In this document: positions 10,201 through 21,810 of the stretch, piece by piece
How positions within the stretch are numbered: position 1 is the stretch's first letter
How the letters are laid out: each line of letters opens with the position of its first letter
Assembly (NCBI GenBank): GCA_951406725.2
Contig: OX597816.1
Location: 104,160,001-104,224,000, forward strand
DNA length: 64,000 bases
Source: Octopus vulgaris
Taxonomy: Eukaryota
Reading direction: 5' to 3'
The notes under the pieces: model-generated
Told to the model about the DNA's origin: nothing
What the model saw: only the letters and a program-made list of their open reading frames with translations
The model's database searches: none
Made by a program: the position numbers and the translations under genes

Positions 10201-11674
10201 TCTTCTATATATATAGAAGTGAAGTTGTGTGAGTGTCCGTCTCCTACGATTTAGATTCCTAACTGCTCCCACATTTTGCGGTGCAGTTTCACCAAATTCG
10301 GGTATCTTATAGTCGTGATTCATATCGAGCCCGTCTGGGTATTAGCGCGCCTCTACGATGAGTCTACGATTTTTAAAATAATTTATCATAATTTTTTTCC
10401 ATTTTAACGCATATTTTTTAAATAAAGGGAAGGCGGCGGAGTTGGCGTCCATGCCCACATCTGCACCTGTGTTGCTTCTCCCTCTTCTTCCCTCCCTCGT
10501 GAAGCTGTGGGGAAGGGAGTGTAAGGAAATCAACGTCGTAAAGCGTTGTCAAGGAGACCAGCGTTCTTTTAGAACAACGACTTCAGGGCTTGAAGACACC
10601 AAAACAGAAATGGCTAAGAAAGCCCGAAAGCAAATTCTACAAAATCGGGAAACACGCCACACAGGGAAGGTTTCCCGTGCAAATAATTTGCACAACCGAA
10701 TGTTATAGTTGTTGCACAACTTTTACTTAAAAGATATTATCCAAACAAACCTTTGAAGGCAATATTGTATGGCGATGGTACTTGTGAAATATGGTAATGG
10801 ATTTAGTAGCCAAAAGGAGAGAGCAGAGGCATAGTATGGTGGTGGTGGAGGCGGTGGTGGCGGTGGTGCTGGTAGTGGTGATGGTGGTCGTGGTTGTGGT
10901 GGTGGTGTTGTTTTTGTTGTTGGTGGTGGTGGTCGTGGTGGTGGGGGTGGTGATGATGGTGGTCGTGGTGGTCGTGGTGATGATGGTGGTGGTGGTGGTG
11001 TTCGTGGTGGTCTTCGTGATGGTGGTGGTGATGGTCATGGGCGTAGTGGTGGTGGTGGTCATGGTGGTAGTGGTGATGGTGTTGGTGGTGGTGGTGGCTG
11101 AAGCTGTCGTCTGGGTTCTTCCAATTTTTTCGTGTGTCGGTGGCGGCGTTGGCGTTCATGCTCGCACCTGCACCTGTGTAACTCCTCCCCTTCTTCCCTC
11201 CCTCGTGAAGCTGTGGGGAAGGCAGGGTAGGGACATCAACGTCGTAAAGCGTTGTCAAGGAGACCAGCGTTCTTTTAGAACAACGACTTCATGGCTTGAA
11301 GTCGCCAAAACAGAAATCGCTAAAAAAGCTGAAACAGATTCACAAAAACGGCAAAAACCGCCACACAGGGCAGGTTTCCTGTGCAAACAATTTGCACAAC
11401 CGAATGTTTTACTTGTTGCACAAATCTTTATATATAAAAGTGAAGTTGTGTGTCTGTCTCCTACGATTTAGATTCCTAACTACTCCCACATTTTGCGGTG
11501 CAGTTTAACCAAAACCGGGTATCTTATAGTCGTGATTCATATCGAGCCCTTCTGTGTATTAGCGCGCGTCTACGATGAGTCTACGATTTAAAAAAAAAAT
11601 TACCATCATTTTTTCCATTTTAATGCATTTTTTTGCTATTTTTTTGCTATAACTCTCTAAAAATGCTTATATAG

Positions 11675-11678
<4 letters not shown>
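10201..11678 (+). mobile_element. Helitron-derived composite: two 5' ends of the same family (10201, 11425) flanking a duplicated ~280-bp module and a (GGT)n-like array
   Basis: 10201-10420 and 11425-11678 match the 5' part of 9422-9821. 10440-10725 is repeated at 11145-11424. Degenerate GGT/GAT array at 10837-11098. Confidence 0.75.
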
Positions 11679-11729
<51 letters not shown>

Positions 11730-12105
11730 CATTATATTATAGAATTGGTAATCAGAAAGCCTCGTATTTATGTAAGAGAAGGAAGGCATTAGATAAAGAA
11801 TTGGTTTGTATGTGGGACATAAATTAAAATTAAACATGGTTCGAAAATAAGTCTCGTTTCAGCGCAGTTTATGTTAATTTCTATTTTACGACGCTCCTGT
11901 TGTAGGGGTGTGAATTTTGTAGTTATTTCCCTTGAAACACGTGAATAACATGCATTTTGTGTTAGTATTTCATGATGGTATAATAGCATTATTGTTTGAA
12001 ATGGAAGTGTAAACAATGCAGAAATCAACTTTCCGCACCTGTTACAAGAACAGAATTTCTCTTTATTTAATCTCTCCTAATATGTTTTATTTCGATCAGT
12101 AATAC

Positions 12106-12485
12106 GGTGAGATGAGTGACAGAATTGTTAGCGCGCCCGTTGGTAAAAATGCTTGTCGGCATTTCGTCTGTCTTTATGTTCTGAGTTCAAATTCAACCAT
12201 TCATCCTTTAACGGTCGATAAAATACGAATTAGTCAGAACCGGCTCAAGGTACCGGCAACTCAAGCAGTCGCCGTGGCGCCATGTGCTAGGGGGCGCCAA
12301 GGAGGGCGCGTCAAAGACAAGGAAATTTCCACGACTGTCAGCTTGTTCACGCAGAAGTTCAGCTTGCTCGGGGCACCAGCAACCCTAGGGCCCACCCTGG
12401 TACTAGTTGAGCACTGAGGTCGATGTAATTGACTTACTCCCTCCTCTGAAATTGCTGGCCTTGTGTCAAACTTTGAATCCAGTGT
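12106..12485 (+). mobile_element. SINE family 1 (tail AAATTGCTGGCCTTGTG) interrupted by a MITE
   Basis: Degraded head with GAGTTCAAATTC; core TTCATCCTTTAACGGTCGATAAAAT resumes after the insertion as GTACTAGTTGAGCACTGAGGTCGATGTAAT. Confidence 0.8.
12235..12399. mobile_element. hAT-like MITE (165 bp)
   Basis: GC-rich insert beginning CAG and ending CTG, imperfect TIRs (CAGAACCGGCTCAAGG / CCTAGGGCCCACCCTG), near-duplicated 8-mer flanks GAATTAGT / GTACTAGT. Confidence 0.65.
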
Positions 12486-12907
12486 TGTTTTTGATTAATG
12501 TTCTAGCCTTGCCAAACACGAATTATTTTATGATACATTACCTTCTGCCTCAGTTTTGGTTTTCGTTTCATAAGCTAGTAGTATTTATTTTGCGACAGCT
12601 GTTGCAGCTTAATATGCCGTGTAAGAAATGTGTGTATGCTGACGCGTATTCATGTGAGTGTTTGTGTATGCGTGTGTGTGTGCGTGTGCGCGTGTGTGTG
12701 TATGTGTGTGTATGTGTGTGTGTATGTGTGTGTGTGAATGCATGTCCACGCGCGTGAATTTGCGTGTATGTATATGTGTGTATTACATTTTCGCTATATG
12801 TTATATCTCGTTTGCATGTAGGTGGGCGCGTGTATAGTATATTGCACGTGCGAGTATTGTGTGTCTGTGTCTGTGTGTATATGGGTATCATGTGTGAGTC
12901 AGATGTT

Positions 12908-12938
<31 letters not shown>

Positions 12939-13287
12939 CGATGTTAGGTTAGCTTTTATGTGTATATATAACTTGTGATACAGGTGTGTGAGTAGTTTAT
13001 TACTTGAGCATATGAGGATGTGTCTACAATTTGTAACTCAGGCGTGTGCAAGCTGTTAAAGGAGTATCAGTATGCAGTTTGATATTTGTGTGCATGCAGT
13101 GTATTAGACAGATGCATGTAGTTTGTTGGATAGGTCTGTGTAAGCAAATCTTTACGCACTCACTCGAACTGCTAGAAATAGCAGGCAATTTTCTTTCAAC
13201 TCTCACCTTGCTACTCGAAAGGAAAATGAAAGAGAGAGAGAGAGAAAGAGAGAGAGAGCATTGTATAATATTGTCCTAGATACAATA

Positions 13288-13502
13288 TTTCTTTCCTATT
13301 CTAAGCACAGGGCCCGAAATTTTGGGGAAGGGGCCAGTTGATTAGATCGACCCCAGTACGAAACTAGTACTTAATTTATCGACCCCGAAAGGATGAAAGC
13401 CAAAGTCGACCTCGGTGGAATTTGAACTCAGAACATAAAGACAGACGAAATACTGCTAAGCATTTCGCCCGACGTACTAACGTTTGTACCAGCTCGCCGC
13501 CT
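13288..13502 (-). mobile_element. SINE family 1 with an alternative tail (AAAATTTCGGGCCCTGTGCTTAGAATAGG)
   Basis: Head and core nearly identical to 8520-8670; sequence diverges after GGGGTCGAT. Confidence 0.88.
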
Positions 13503-13861
13503 TTAGGGTTATTCCTGAAAACAATATGATGTAGCTATGGTTGACCTTGCTTGATCATCTCTGATCTGAGGCTACATGTTAACTAAATCTACAACCACGG
13601 AGCGTATTCCCGTCAATCATGTTTGACGAAAGTTTGATAGGGTGACAGGTTTGCAAGTGGGAATCGTAGTGGTCAGTTTTCTGTAGCGATAGGCTGTTCA
13701 GCAAAGATCGGTATTAATATGATCCATCAGGATCAAGTGAGGTAATAAACAAGGAGGGAATTGGTCAGTTGAAGAATCGCAAGCAGGCAAAAGATGTCCT
13801 GTCGTGCAGTAAAGGGATCTCACCAGTAAATAGTTCTCGACTGGCCGCTCATTCCATACCG

Positions 13862-14080
13862 CAGGGGCGAGTGGCTTCGTGGATAAGGTATTGGACTTAT
13901 GATCGTAAGATTGTGGTTTCGATTCCTGATCCAGGCAATTCATTATGTTCTTAAGCAAAACACTTGATTTTAAGTTGCTCCAGTCCACTCAGCTGACAAA
14001 AAGTAAGTAATCCTGAGACGGAATGGTGTCCTGTCCCGATGGTGAATTTATACGCCATGAAACCGGTAAACCGACCCTTA
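13862..14080 (+). mobile_element. SINE family 3 (tRNA-like head), degraded
   Basis: A-box-like TGGCTTCGTGG, B-box-like GGTTTCGATTCC, then GTTGCTCCAGTCCACTCAGCTG, shared with 15135-15430 and 17800-17930. Confidence 0.6.
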
Positions 14081-14174
14081 TGAGTCTTTTCTTTTACCAT
14101 TCCATATGAATTAATTCAAGCCCTTTCACCGAGGTAACAAGGTTGTCTTATACGTTCCCGGTACTTACTTTTTG

Positions 14175-14550
14175 TTAAGTATGGTTCTTATTCTATGGGT
14201 CTTTTTTTTTACCGAACAGCTAAGTTACGGGGACGTAAACACACCAACACCAGTTGTCAAGCAGTGATGGCAGACAAACACAGACACAAAGACGCATACA
14301 CACATACACACACACTGACACACTCACACAAACACACACTCAAACATACTTTCTCACCCACAAACACAAACACACACACACACATGTACGACGTGCTTCT
14401 TTTAGTTTTCGTCTGCGAAGTCTACTCGCAAGGCTTTGGTCGGCTCGAGACCATAGTAGAAGACACTTGCCCAAGGTGCCGTGCAGTAGGACTGAACCCG
14501 GAACCATGCGGTTGGGAAGCAAGCTTCTCACCATACAGCCACGCCTGCAC
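14175..14550 (-). mobile_element. SINE family 2 with internal (CA)n
   Basis: Reverse match to 19048-19420. Confidence 0.85.
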
Positions 14551-15134
14551 CTTTTCTATTGTAGTATGGGGTTCTTTATTACTGTCTATTTGATGGTAAA
14601 TTTGAAAATAAAGAAACAAAGGTTGTGCCTAGAGAATAGTTACAGAAATTATCTAAGGTACTAAAAGCCAAAACCGTAATTTCTTCGGACTCACACACTG
14701 ATTATCAATCTGGTATAAATAAATAAATAAATAAACAAATAAATAATAAATAAATAAATAAATAAATAAAATTGTGTGTGTGAAAGAGGAGAATGGAGTT
14801 TGCCGCGTCTTTGGTACTTTTGGAAAATTTCATCAGATTATGTCACGTATATTTTTGAAGAGCTATAATCTCAGATACAAAAAATATAAATCTGAAAACG
14901 CATTTTTAAAAGAAGTCCAAACTGAAAACTTCAGGAAAGTAGAAGTGGAGTTAGAAATCCCTCTCTTCTAATTTTTGCTTAATCATTTATTTATATCTTT
15001 ATTTATTTATTTATTTATTTAATTAGTTAGTTGCAGGATACTTACGGTATTATTTGTATCTTGGGACGGTCATTATGCCAATAATGACTACACGCACTGG
15101 TTTTGTTTCAGTTCCCTTACTATTATAATTAACT

Positions 15135-15430
15135 GGCGCACTGTCGGTTACGAGGACGAGGGTTCCAGTTAATCCAATGAACAAAACAGGCTGCTAATGA
15201 AATTAACGTGCAAGTGGCTGAGCACTCCACAGACACATGTAGCCTTAACATAGTTTTGAAGGATATTCAGCCTGCCACAGAATTTAAATTACAGGTACAA
15301 CTCATTTCTGCTAGCTGCAGGGACTGAACCAACGTGAAGTAAAGGGTATTATTCAAGGACACACCGCGCCGCTAAGAATCGAACTCACGACCTTACGATC
15401 TCGAGCTGACTACTAAGAAGCGCACCTTCA
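15135..15430 (-). mobile_element. SINE family 3
   Basis: B-box on minus strand (GAGTTCGATTC); body GTGCAAGTGGCTGAGCACTCCACAGACAC on the plus strand. Confidence 0.65.
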
Positions 15431-15812
15431 CATTATCATTATTAATTAACAAATTACCCAATTAACTAATCGATTGTATGATTTATCGTTCGATTCGTCA
15501 ATCAAGAAGCTAGGTTTGTCAGAGTCCTTTCGTGACCATTGGCGACTGCATCAGTGACATGACCCGCTCTACTCCGAGTATGCTTCAGGTCTGTCTGGCT
15601 CATAGTTTACAGATTGTATATTAATGTTTATGGGAATGAAGATGAGAATGTGAGTGTGTGTATGTTCGAATGTGTGCGTGTGTGTGAGTGAGTGTTTATG
15701 TGTGCGTGCGTGCACGTGACTGTGTGGTAAAATGTGGATTCTATGAGTAAGTGTGTGTGTGTGAAAGAGAACAAGTGTGTGTATGTGTCTGTGCTTGTAT
15801 GTGTCTATGTGT

Positions 15813-15815
<3 letters not shown>

Positions 15816-15905
<90 letters not shown>
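15816..15905. repeat. (GA)n microsatellite
   Basis: Seen directly. Confidence 0.97.
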
Positions 15906-15907
<2 letters not shown>

Positions 15908-18900
15908 CTTAAAAATAAACCCTCGCAGTTGATAAGAACATATATTTATTGTGCTTTTTTTTTGTACCGAAGATACTAAAATGACGAAGTTGATTTATAG
16001 CACCTATATTCTTAAGTGACGGTCAACAAATTTGTTAGAGAAACAAACTAAGCTTTTAGTAAGGTTTGTACTCTCTGGGGCCTGTGTGTTTGTTTCAATT
16101 ACCATGTACAGTATGACATTATCAGTCATTCGGTCTTCTTTCTTGTATAAATGCTTGTTTGTTTCACTTTCTGCCCTTCTCTCTCTCAAAGATCATTAAC
16201 TATTTCAATATAGTTGCCTTTTGCATGTATATAAAGTTAAGAGAAACTGCTATTGAGGTTTTTTTTTCTCTGCTGCAGGTATTACTACAAGGTTATAATC
16301 CAGCCCTTATATGATGTCATTGCCTGCCTCTGTCATTGTAAGGGAAATAAAGTGTGTCTACTTACTTCCTCACTGATGTTAAATTAACTGGTAACTCCGA
16401 GCAATTACAGAGTCGTTAAATCCATCAGCATGAGCTTTGCTAATGACCATTTCAGAAAGCAAACATAGAGGTCTGGTTCTCCCTCCCCACCACTAAAAAA
16501 AGAATGAAAAAATAATGAATGGTAGAAACGTTAAAATACCAGATGAAATGCCTTGCGGTATCTATTCCGGCTTCTTATGTCCTGTGTTCAATTTCTGCTG
16601 AGTCCAGTTTTGCCTTTCGTACTTCTTGGATCGATAAATAAACTAGCAATCTAAAGTGGTGGACTGGTGAAAGCGTTGGAGTATCGGAGGGGATACTTTA
16701 CGTTATTTGCGCTGGCATTTTGCATTTTCAGTTCAATTCCTCTCGCGGACTATTTGTGTTCGGAATTCAAATGCTGCTGTGGCCTACTTGTATTCTGAAT
16801 TCAAATCCTTCCGTGGCTTAGTGTTAAAACTACCTTCCATGTGTAGATGCCTTTAGCGAAGTCCACTCTGTTGCAAGTATTTTGATTAGGTCTCTAGTTT
16901 CAGGGTAGTTTCAATCCTCTCTTCCGCTGCTCTCGAAAACCCTGAGATAAAGTCATGAATACTGATTTCCTTTGACAAAGCTAGAAAAGATTTTTATCAG
17001 TAAAAAAAAAACTGTTTTGTTATTGTTATGAGAGATATTTTTTCTGTAGTTTCAGCTCAGAGCTGCGGCCATGCTGATGCACCACCGTTATGCTGATAAT
17101 TTGTTTTACTTCCCGAGTCGATTATTACTATATCTCTTTGTAAACAGACCTATCACTTTTCATATTTTCTTTTTGACCAAGATATTTGTAACCCTTATTT
17201 AGGGCAGATTTTGCGTTGTTTGCTTGGAAGTTTTCTTGGATAAGTACAATAATTTGTGTTGTACAATCGATGTGCATTTGAGTTCAATAAATTCCTTTCC
17301 ATTGTCTGTAGTTTGTTGTAACAATTGCTTGTTATTATGGTTAATACAAGGATCTTATTGTTTCAAGGTGTTGACACAGAATAGATGAGAGATATTTCTA
17401 AATTTGGGGTATTTGTTTCAAGAAGTATTATGTTTTATAAACGGGTACGATAACGAATTTAATGAAAGAACAAAAAGCAGTGTTGGTAAGCTACCAGTTT
17501 CTTATCTTTTGTATGATATCACAATTAATTAGTTTGATCTCACCTTTCAGTTGGTTAGCTATTCCAGAGCAATTACTGGTAGATATCAATTGGAGAATTG
17601 ATGGTTTATCAAAACGCGCGTTAGCAGAGCGCAATAATTATCTAGTTAAGGTCCACCAGTATTATGGGGTCTTCAACTGGACGTTACGTAACAAAAGGTT
17701 TTATGGTACTTTAACCAAGTCATGTTATAAGTTTCTGCAATTCGTTATTGTTTATTTTAAAATTATTTTCTTGATATATAGCTATTCTATACAGCTTAAT
17801 GTTGTATGGCTTAGTGGTTAGGGTGTTTAGCTCATGATCGATAGGTCATGAATTCAACTCCCGGACTGAATGGCGCTTTATATTCCTGAACAAAGCACTT
17901 CTCACGCTACTCTACTCAACTGAAAATGAATAACAGTGGCCCCTTAGGTTAATCCATTGAACTCGTAATCGAGTCCCGTTCAAGCGGGAAAGTTTTGCAC
18001 GTAAGCCTAATCACCTTAAAAATCGAGATAAGCTTCAGTCTCTTAGATCAAGGCAGATTCTACTATTATGCTCTACAGCCCCATAGCTCCTTCCTTTTCT
18101 CAGTTTGCTCAAACTTAGAGAATAATTCTTAGTACATTCTTTCTATATCAATATATGTATACAGTGATTACATTATACCTGATATAACAGATGGTAATTC
18201 ATGGATATTTAGGCTATTTTTAGAAATGGGGAAATCCAGGACAGCTGTCGGCCATTCGTATTACCATATATTTGATGTATAGAATATAACCATTTCTTGT
18301 CAATAACAAGTGAGATGCTGATAGCGATACTCTGCAAGAAGATCGTTCGATATTCATTTTTTATAGATATGTTTCCTGTATATCGCCCCTTTATATTCAT
18401 CTTTTTGCCATGCTTGCACTTTTTCTACTTCCAATTCTTCTATCCATTTAGTTTGCTTGTTAAATTCCCCTTATAGATATCCAATAGCAATTTGTTCTTT
18501 GGATGTAATATTTTTTTGTAGTAATTGTACTGTTTATGATGCAGTTACGATATACTGATTTGGAAGCATTTTAACAACTGTCTGTTCAGCGCTTTGCATT
18601 TATGATATGTCGATGTATAGTATACACAATTCAGCAGTGGCAATAAGTTTCTTGTTTCAGCTTAAGAAATCTATAATTTCAGGTTTCAAATTTCGTGTCA
18701 TCAAACTGCTATTGTGAGTTTTCGTTTATATATTTCAGAAGTTTTGAAAATGCATTTAGCTATTGTTAAACTTCATATCTACGGGAATATCAGAGGCGTT
18801 ATTCGCAGCTATAATACTTCGGTATTTGTAAAATGTGGGATCATATTTCGATAAATATGTTTGCGTTATCCATACAACGTATAACTCCTTACAATGATTT

Positions 18901-18967
18901 ATTATATTGATTTCTGGCACACACATACATGCACACACGCACACACACACATACATATATATATATG

Positions 18968-19010
<43 letters not shown>

Positions 19011-19047
19011 GCACATATATGTGTGTACATAAATATATACGCATATA

Positions 19048-19210
19048 GGCGCAGGAGTGACTGTGTGGTAAGTAGGTTGCTTACCAGCCACTTGGTTCTG
19101 GATTCAGTCCCACTGCGTGGCACCTTGAGCAAATGTCTTCTACTATAGCCTCGGGCCGACCAAAGCCTTGTGAGTGGATTTGGTAGACGGAAACTGAAAG
19201 AAGCTCGTCG

Positions 19211-19279
<69 letters not shown>

Positions 19280-19484
19280 TATATATATGTTTGTGTGTCT
19301 GTTCCTCCCAGCATCGCTTGACAACCGATGCTGGTGTGTTTACGTCCCCGTAACCTAGCGGTTCGGCAAAAGAGACCGATAGAATAAGTACTAGGCTTAC
19401 AAAGAATAAGTCCTGGGTCGATTTGCTCGACTAAAGGTAGTGCTCCAGCATGGCCGCAGTAAAATGAATGAAACAAGTAAAAGA

Positions 19485-19489
<5 letters not shown>
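19048..19489 (+). mobile_element. SINE family 2, full-length reference copy with internal (TA)n
   Basis: GGCGCAGGAGTGACTGTGTGGTAAG head, GGATTCAGTCCC B-box-like, (TA)n at 19211-19276, tail ...GAAACAAGTAAAAGAGTAAG running into (GA)n. Confidence 0.9.
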
Positions 19490-19571
<82 letters not shown>

Positions 19572-20139
19572 CATATATGCATACATATATGTATGAATAT
19601 ATACACACACATATGTATATACATGCATATTGACGGAAATGTAAGGAGTAGGCATGGTCGAAATGGTTAAGATGTTCATCTTACTATTACAAGGTAGTTT
19701 TCATCTATTACAAGATATTGTTTATCAGTTGTATTCTAGAGTATCCTCGGTTCGATTTGAACTTTACAAGTGGTACTGGATTAATGAAAACTGCATATAA
19801 TCCCGTCAAAGGTACTTTGCTTATAATTCAAAGAGCTAGCATTGTTAGATATTTCAATGATTCTACCCAGGTGATACGTTAAACATACGAATGTTCATGG
19901 AATACTCCAGCACTCATGCTAAAGTTCAATGAGCTGCTGCTACCGTTGTTGTTGTTGTTGCTGTTTTTCTTCTTTGTTTTTCATCTTTGGCTCCATAATT
20001 CATTCAGATGGTGTATACTGAATATCCGGGCTTAATTTGGTGATTTTCTATGTGTTCCCTATCCCATAACAGCTCAATATGTTGGTGAACAGTCAAAGGC
20101 GTCGAAGAGCATAAAGATTAAAGTTATAGTTCAGAAAAA

Positions 20140-20910
20140 GTTAGGTGACATTTAGGGCTGAAAAATCATCTGAGAATTGAAAAAGAATTTCTTGTATAAT
20201 AACGAATCATACCGAGTATCAAGATGCTGACATTGCAACGACTGCTCAGTTCTCTATGAACATTGTAAAGACTGCAAGATGTGACGTGGACATCTGTAAC
20301 GAAGGCTACAAAGCCGTGGTCAGCAGGTAGGAATACAATAGGCGTTCAGACTTAGTCTGCACGCCAAAATTCATCCCCATATTTATGAATTAGGCCTTAG
20401 ACTCAATTCAAACAGCTACGTGAAACTGCTGGAGACTGTAGTCAATCCCTGACCAGAGAGGGTTGCTGTTGGAAGACCATATGTGTGGCAGCAGGGCTCG
20501 ATTCCTTCGTATATCTCCAGAAAGAGTCAGAAGTGGTTGTCGGAGAAATTCTACGACTTCATCAGTCCCAATTTCTGGCCTCCTAATTCTCTCAATTTCA
20601 GACGCATGGATTACTATGTATGCGGCGCGGTTGAGAAAGCCACCAACCGCTTTGCTTGCAATACCAAGGCAATGTTCTAAGTATTGCTCCTAAATCTTCC
20701 CCAAAATAGTGCGGAACGCATGCGCCAGGTTCTGGAGCCGTTTTGAGTTTGTGGTGGAAACTGAGGACGGTAACTTTGAGCAAACCGTTAACTCTCAGTC
20801 GTAATGTAGATGATATTTTTTTGATTTTTTAAAAATACTTTTATTTTTAATGACATATTCTTTTCTTTTTTTAATATACAAACTGTTAAATTTATCCCGA
20901 ACACCTTGTA
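20140..20910 (+). mobile_element. Tc1/maT-like transposon relic
   Basis: WQQGSIPSY (QQDSAPSH-like) and FWPPNSLNFRRMDYYVCG (WPPNSPDLNPLDY-like); terminal ATCCCGAACACCTTG-TA at ~20896-20910. Confidence 0.75.
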
Positions 20911-21083
20911 GTTCGGTTGGTCGTATAACTAGAACAATCGTCGTGGAAATCGTCTATGAATCAATTTACATTTCACAAGGATATTTAATGAGTCATTCCT
21001 TGTTTCCATTCTATTTAGTTGGGTTATTTTCGATGATGTTCTGCCATTTCGTTAAATACATAGTATTCTAGTTAGAAAGACTT

Positions 21084-21125
21084 TTACATTACATACATAC
21101 ATATATACATACATACATACATACA

Positions 21126-21215
<90 letters not shown>

Positions 21216-21217
21216 TG

Positions 21218-21282
<65 letters not shown>
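21084..21282. repeat. Compound (CATA)n/(TA)n/(TATG)n microsatellite (a further degenerate (TATG)n array lies at 21465-21755)
   Basis: Seen directly. Confidence 0.95.
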
Positions 21283-21285
<3 letters not shown>

Positions 21286-21810
21286 CTAATTGGTCTTCTT
21301 TTCGGGTCAATATTTCGTACCTGTTCCAGCGACACGCTCCAAATCACTTGTAAGATTTTAAAGAGATTTTCATGTTAATCAATTATATCAACCATGGTTT
21401 GAATTTTAGATGAACTGCCGTAGGTGATCATAGAATGATATAGACTGTGTAAGTATGCTATTAGTATGTATGTATTTTTATGTTTGTATGTATGTATGTA
21501 TTTTTATGTTTGTATGTATGTATGTATGTATGTATGTATGTATGTATGTATGCATGTATGCATGTATGTGTGTATGTATGTACGTATGTACGTACGTATT
21601 TATGTATGTATGTATGTACGTATGTATGTGTGTATGTACGTACGTACATATGTATGTATGTATTTGTATGTTTGTATGTATATGTATGAATGTATGTAGG
21701 GATATCTATGTATTAATGAATGTATGTATGTAAGTATGTATGTACGTATGTATGATTGGAGAGATGGATGAATGGGTGTACGCGTATGTATATATATATA
21801 TATATATATA

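Noticed and set aside
10727-11471. His-rich (151 aa), Val-rich (226 aa) and Thr-rich ORFs resembling metal-binding or mucin-like proteins
   Set aside because: All are frames of one degenerate (GGT)n array inside a Helitron-derived composite.
16279-16340. Splice-like segment CTGCAG|GTTATT...CATT|GTAAGG
   Set aside because: Its only open frame is phase-incompatible with the 17551 candidate exon and the peptide is unrecognisable.
8441-19489. tRNA genes suggested by A/B-box motifs
   Set aside because: Each box pair is the head of a multi-copy SINE and I cannot fold a full cloverleaf.
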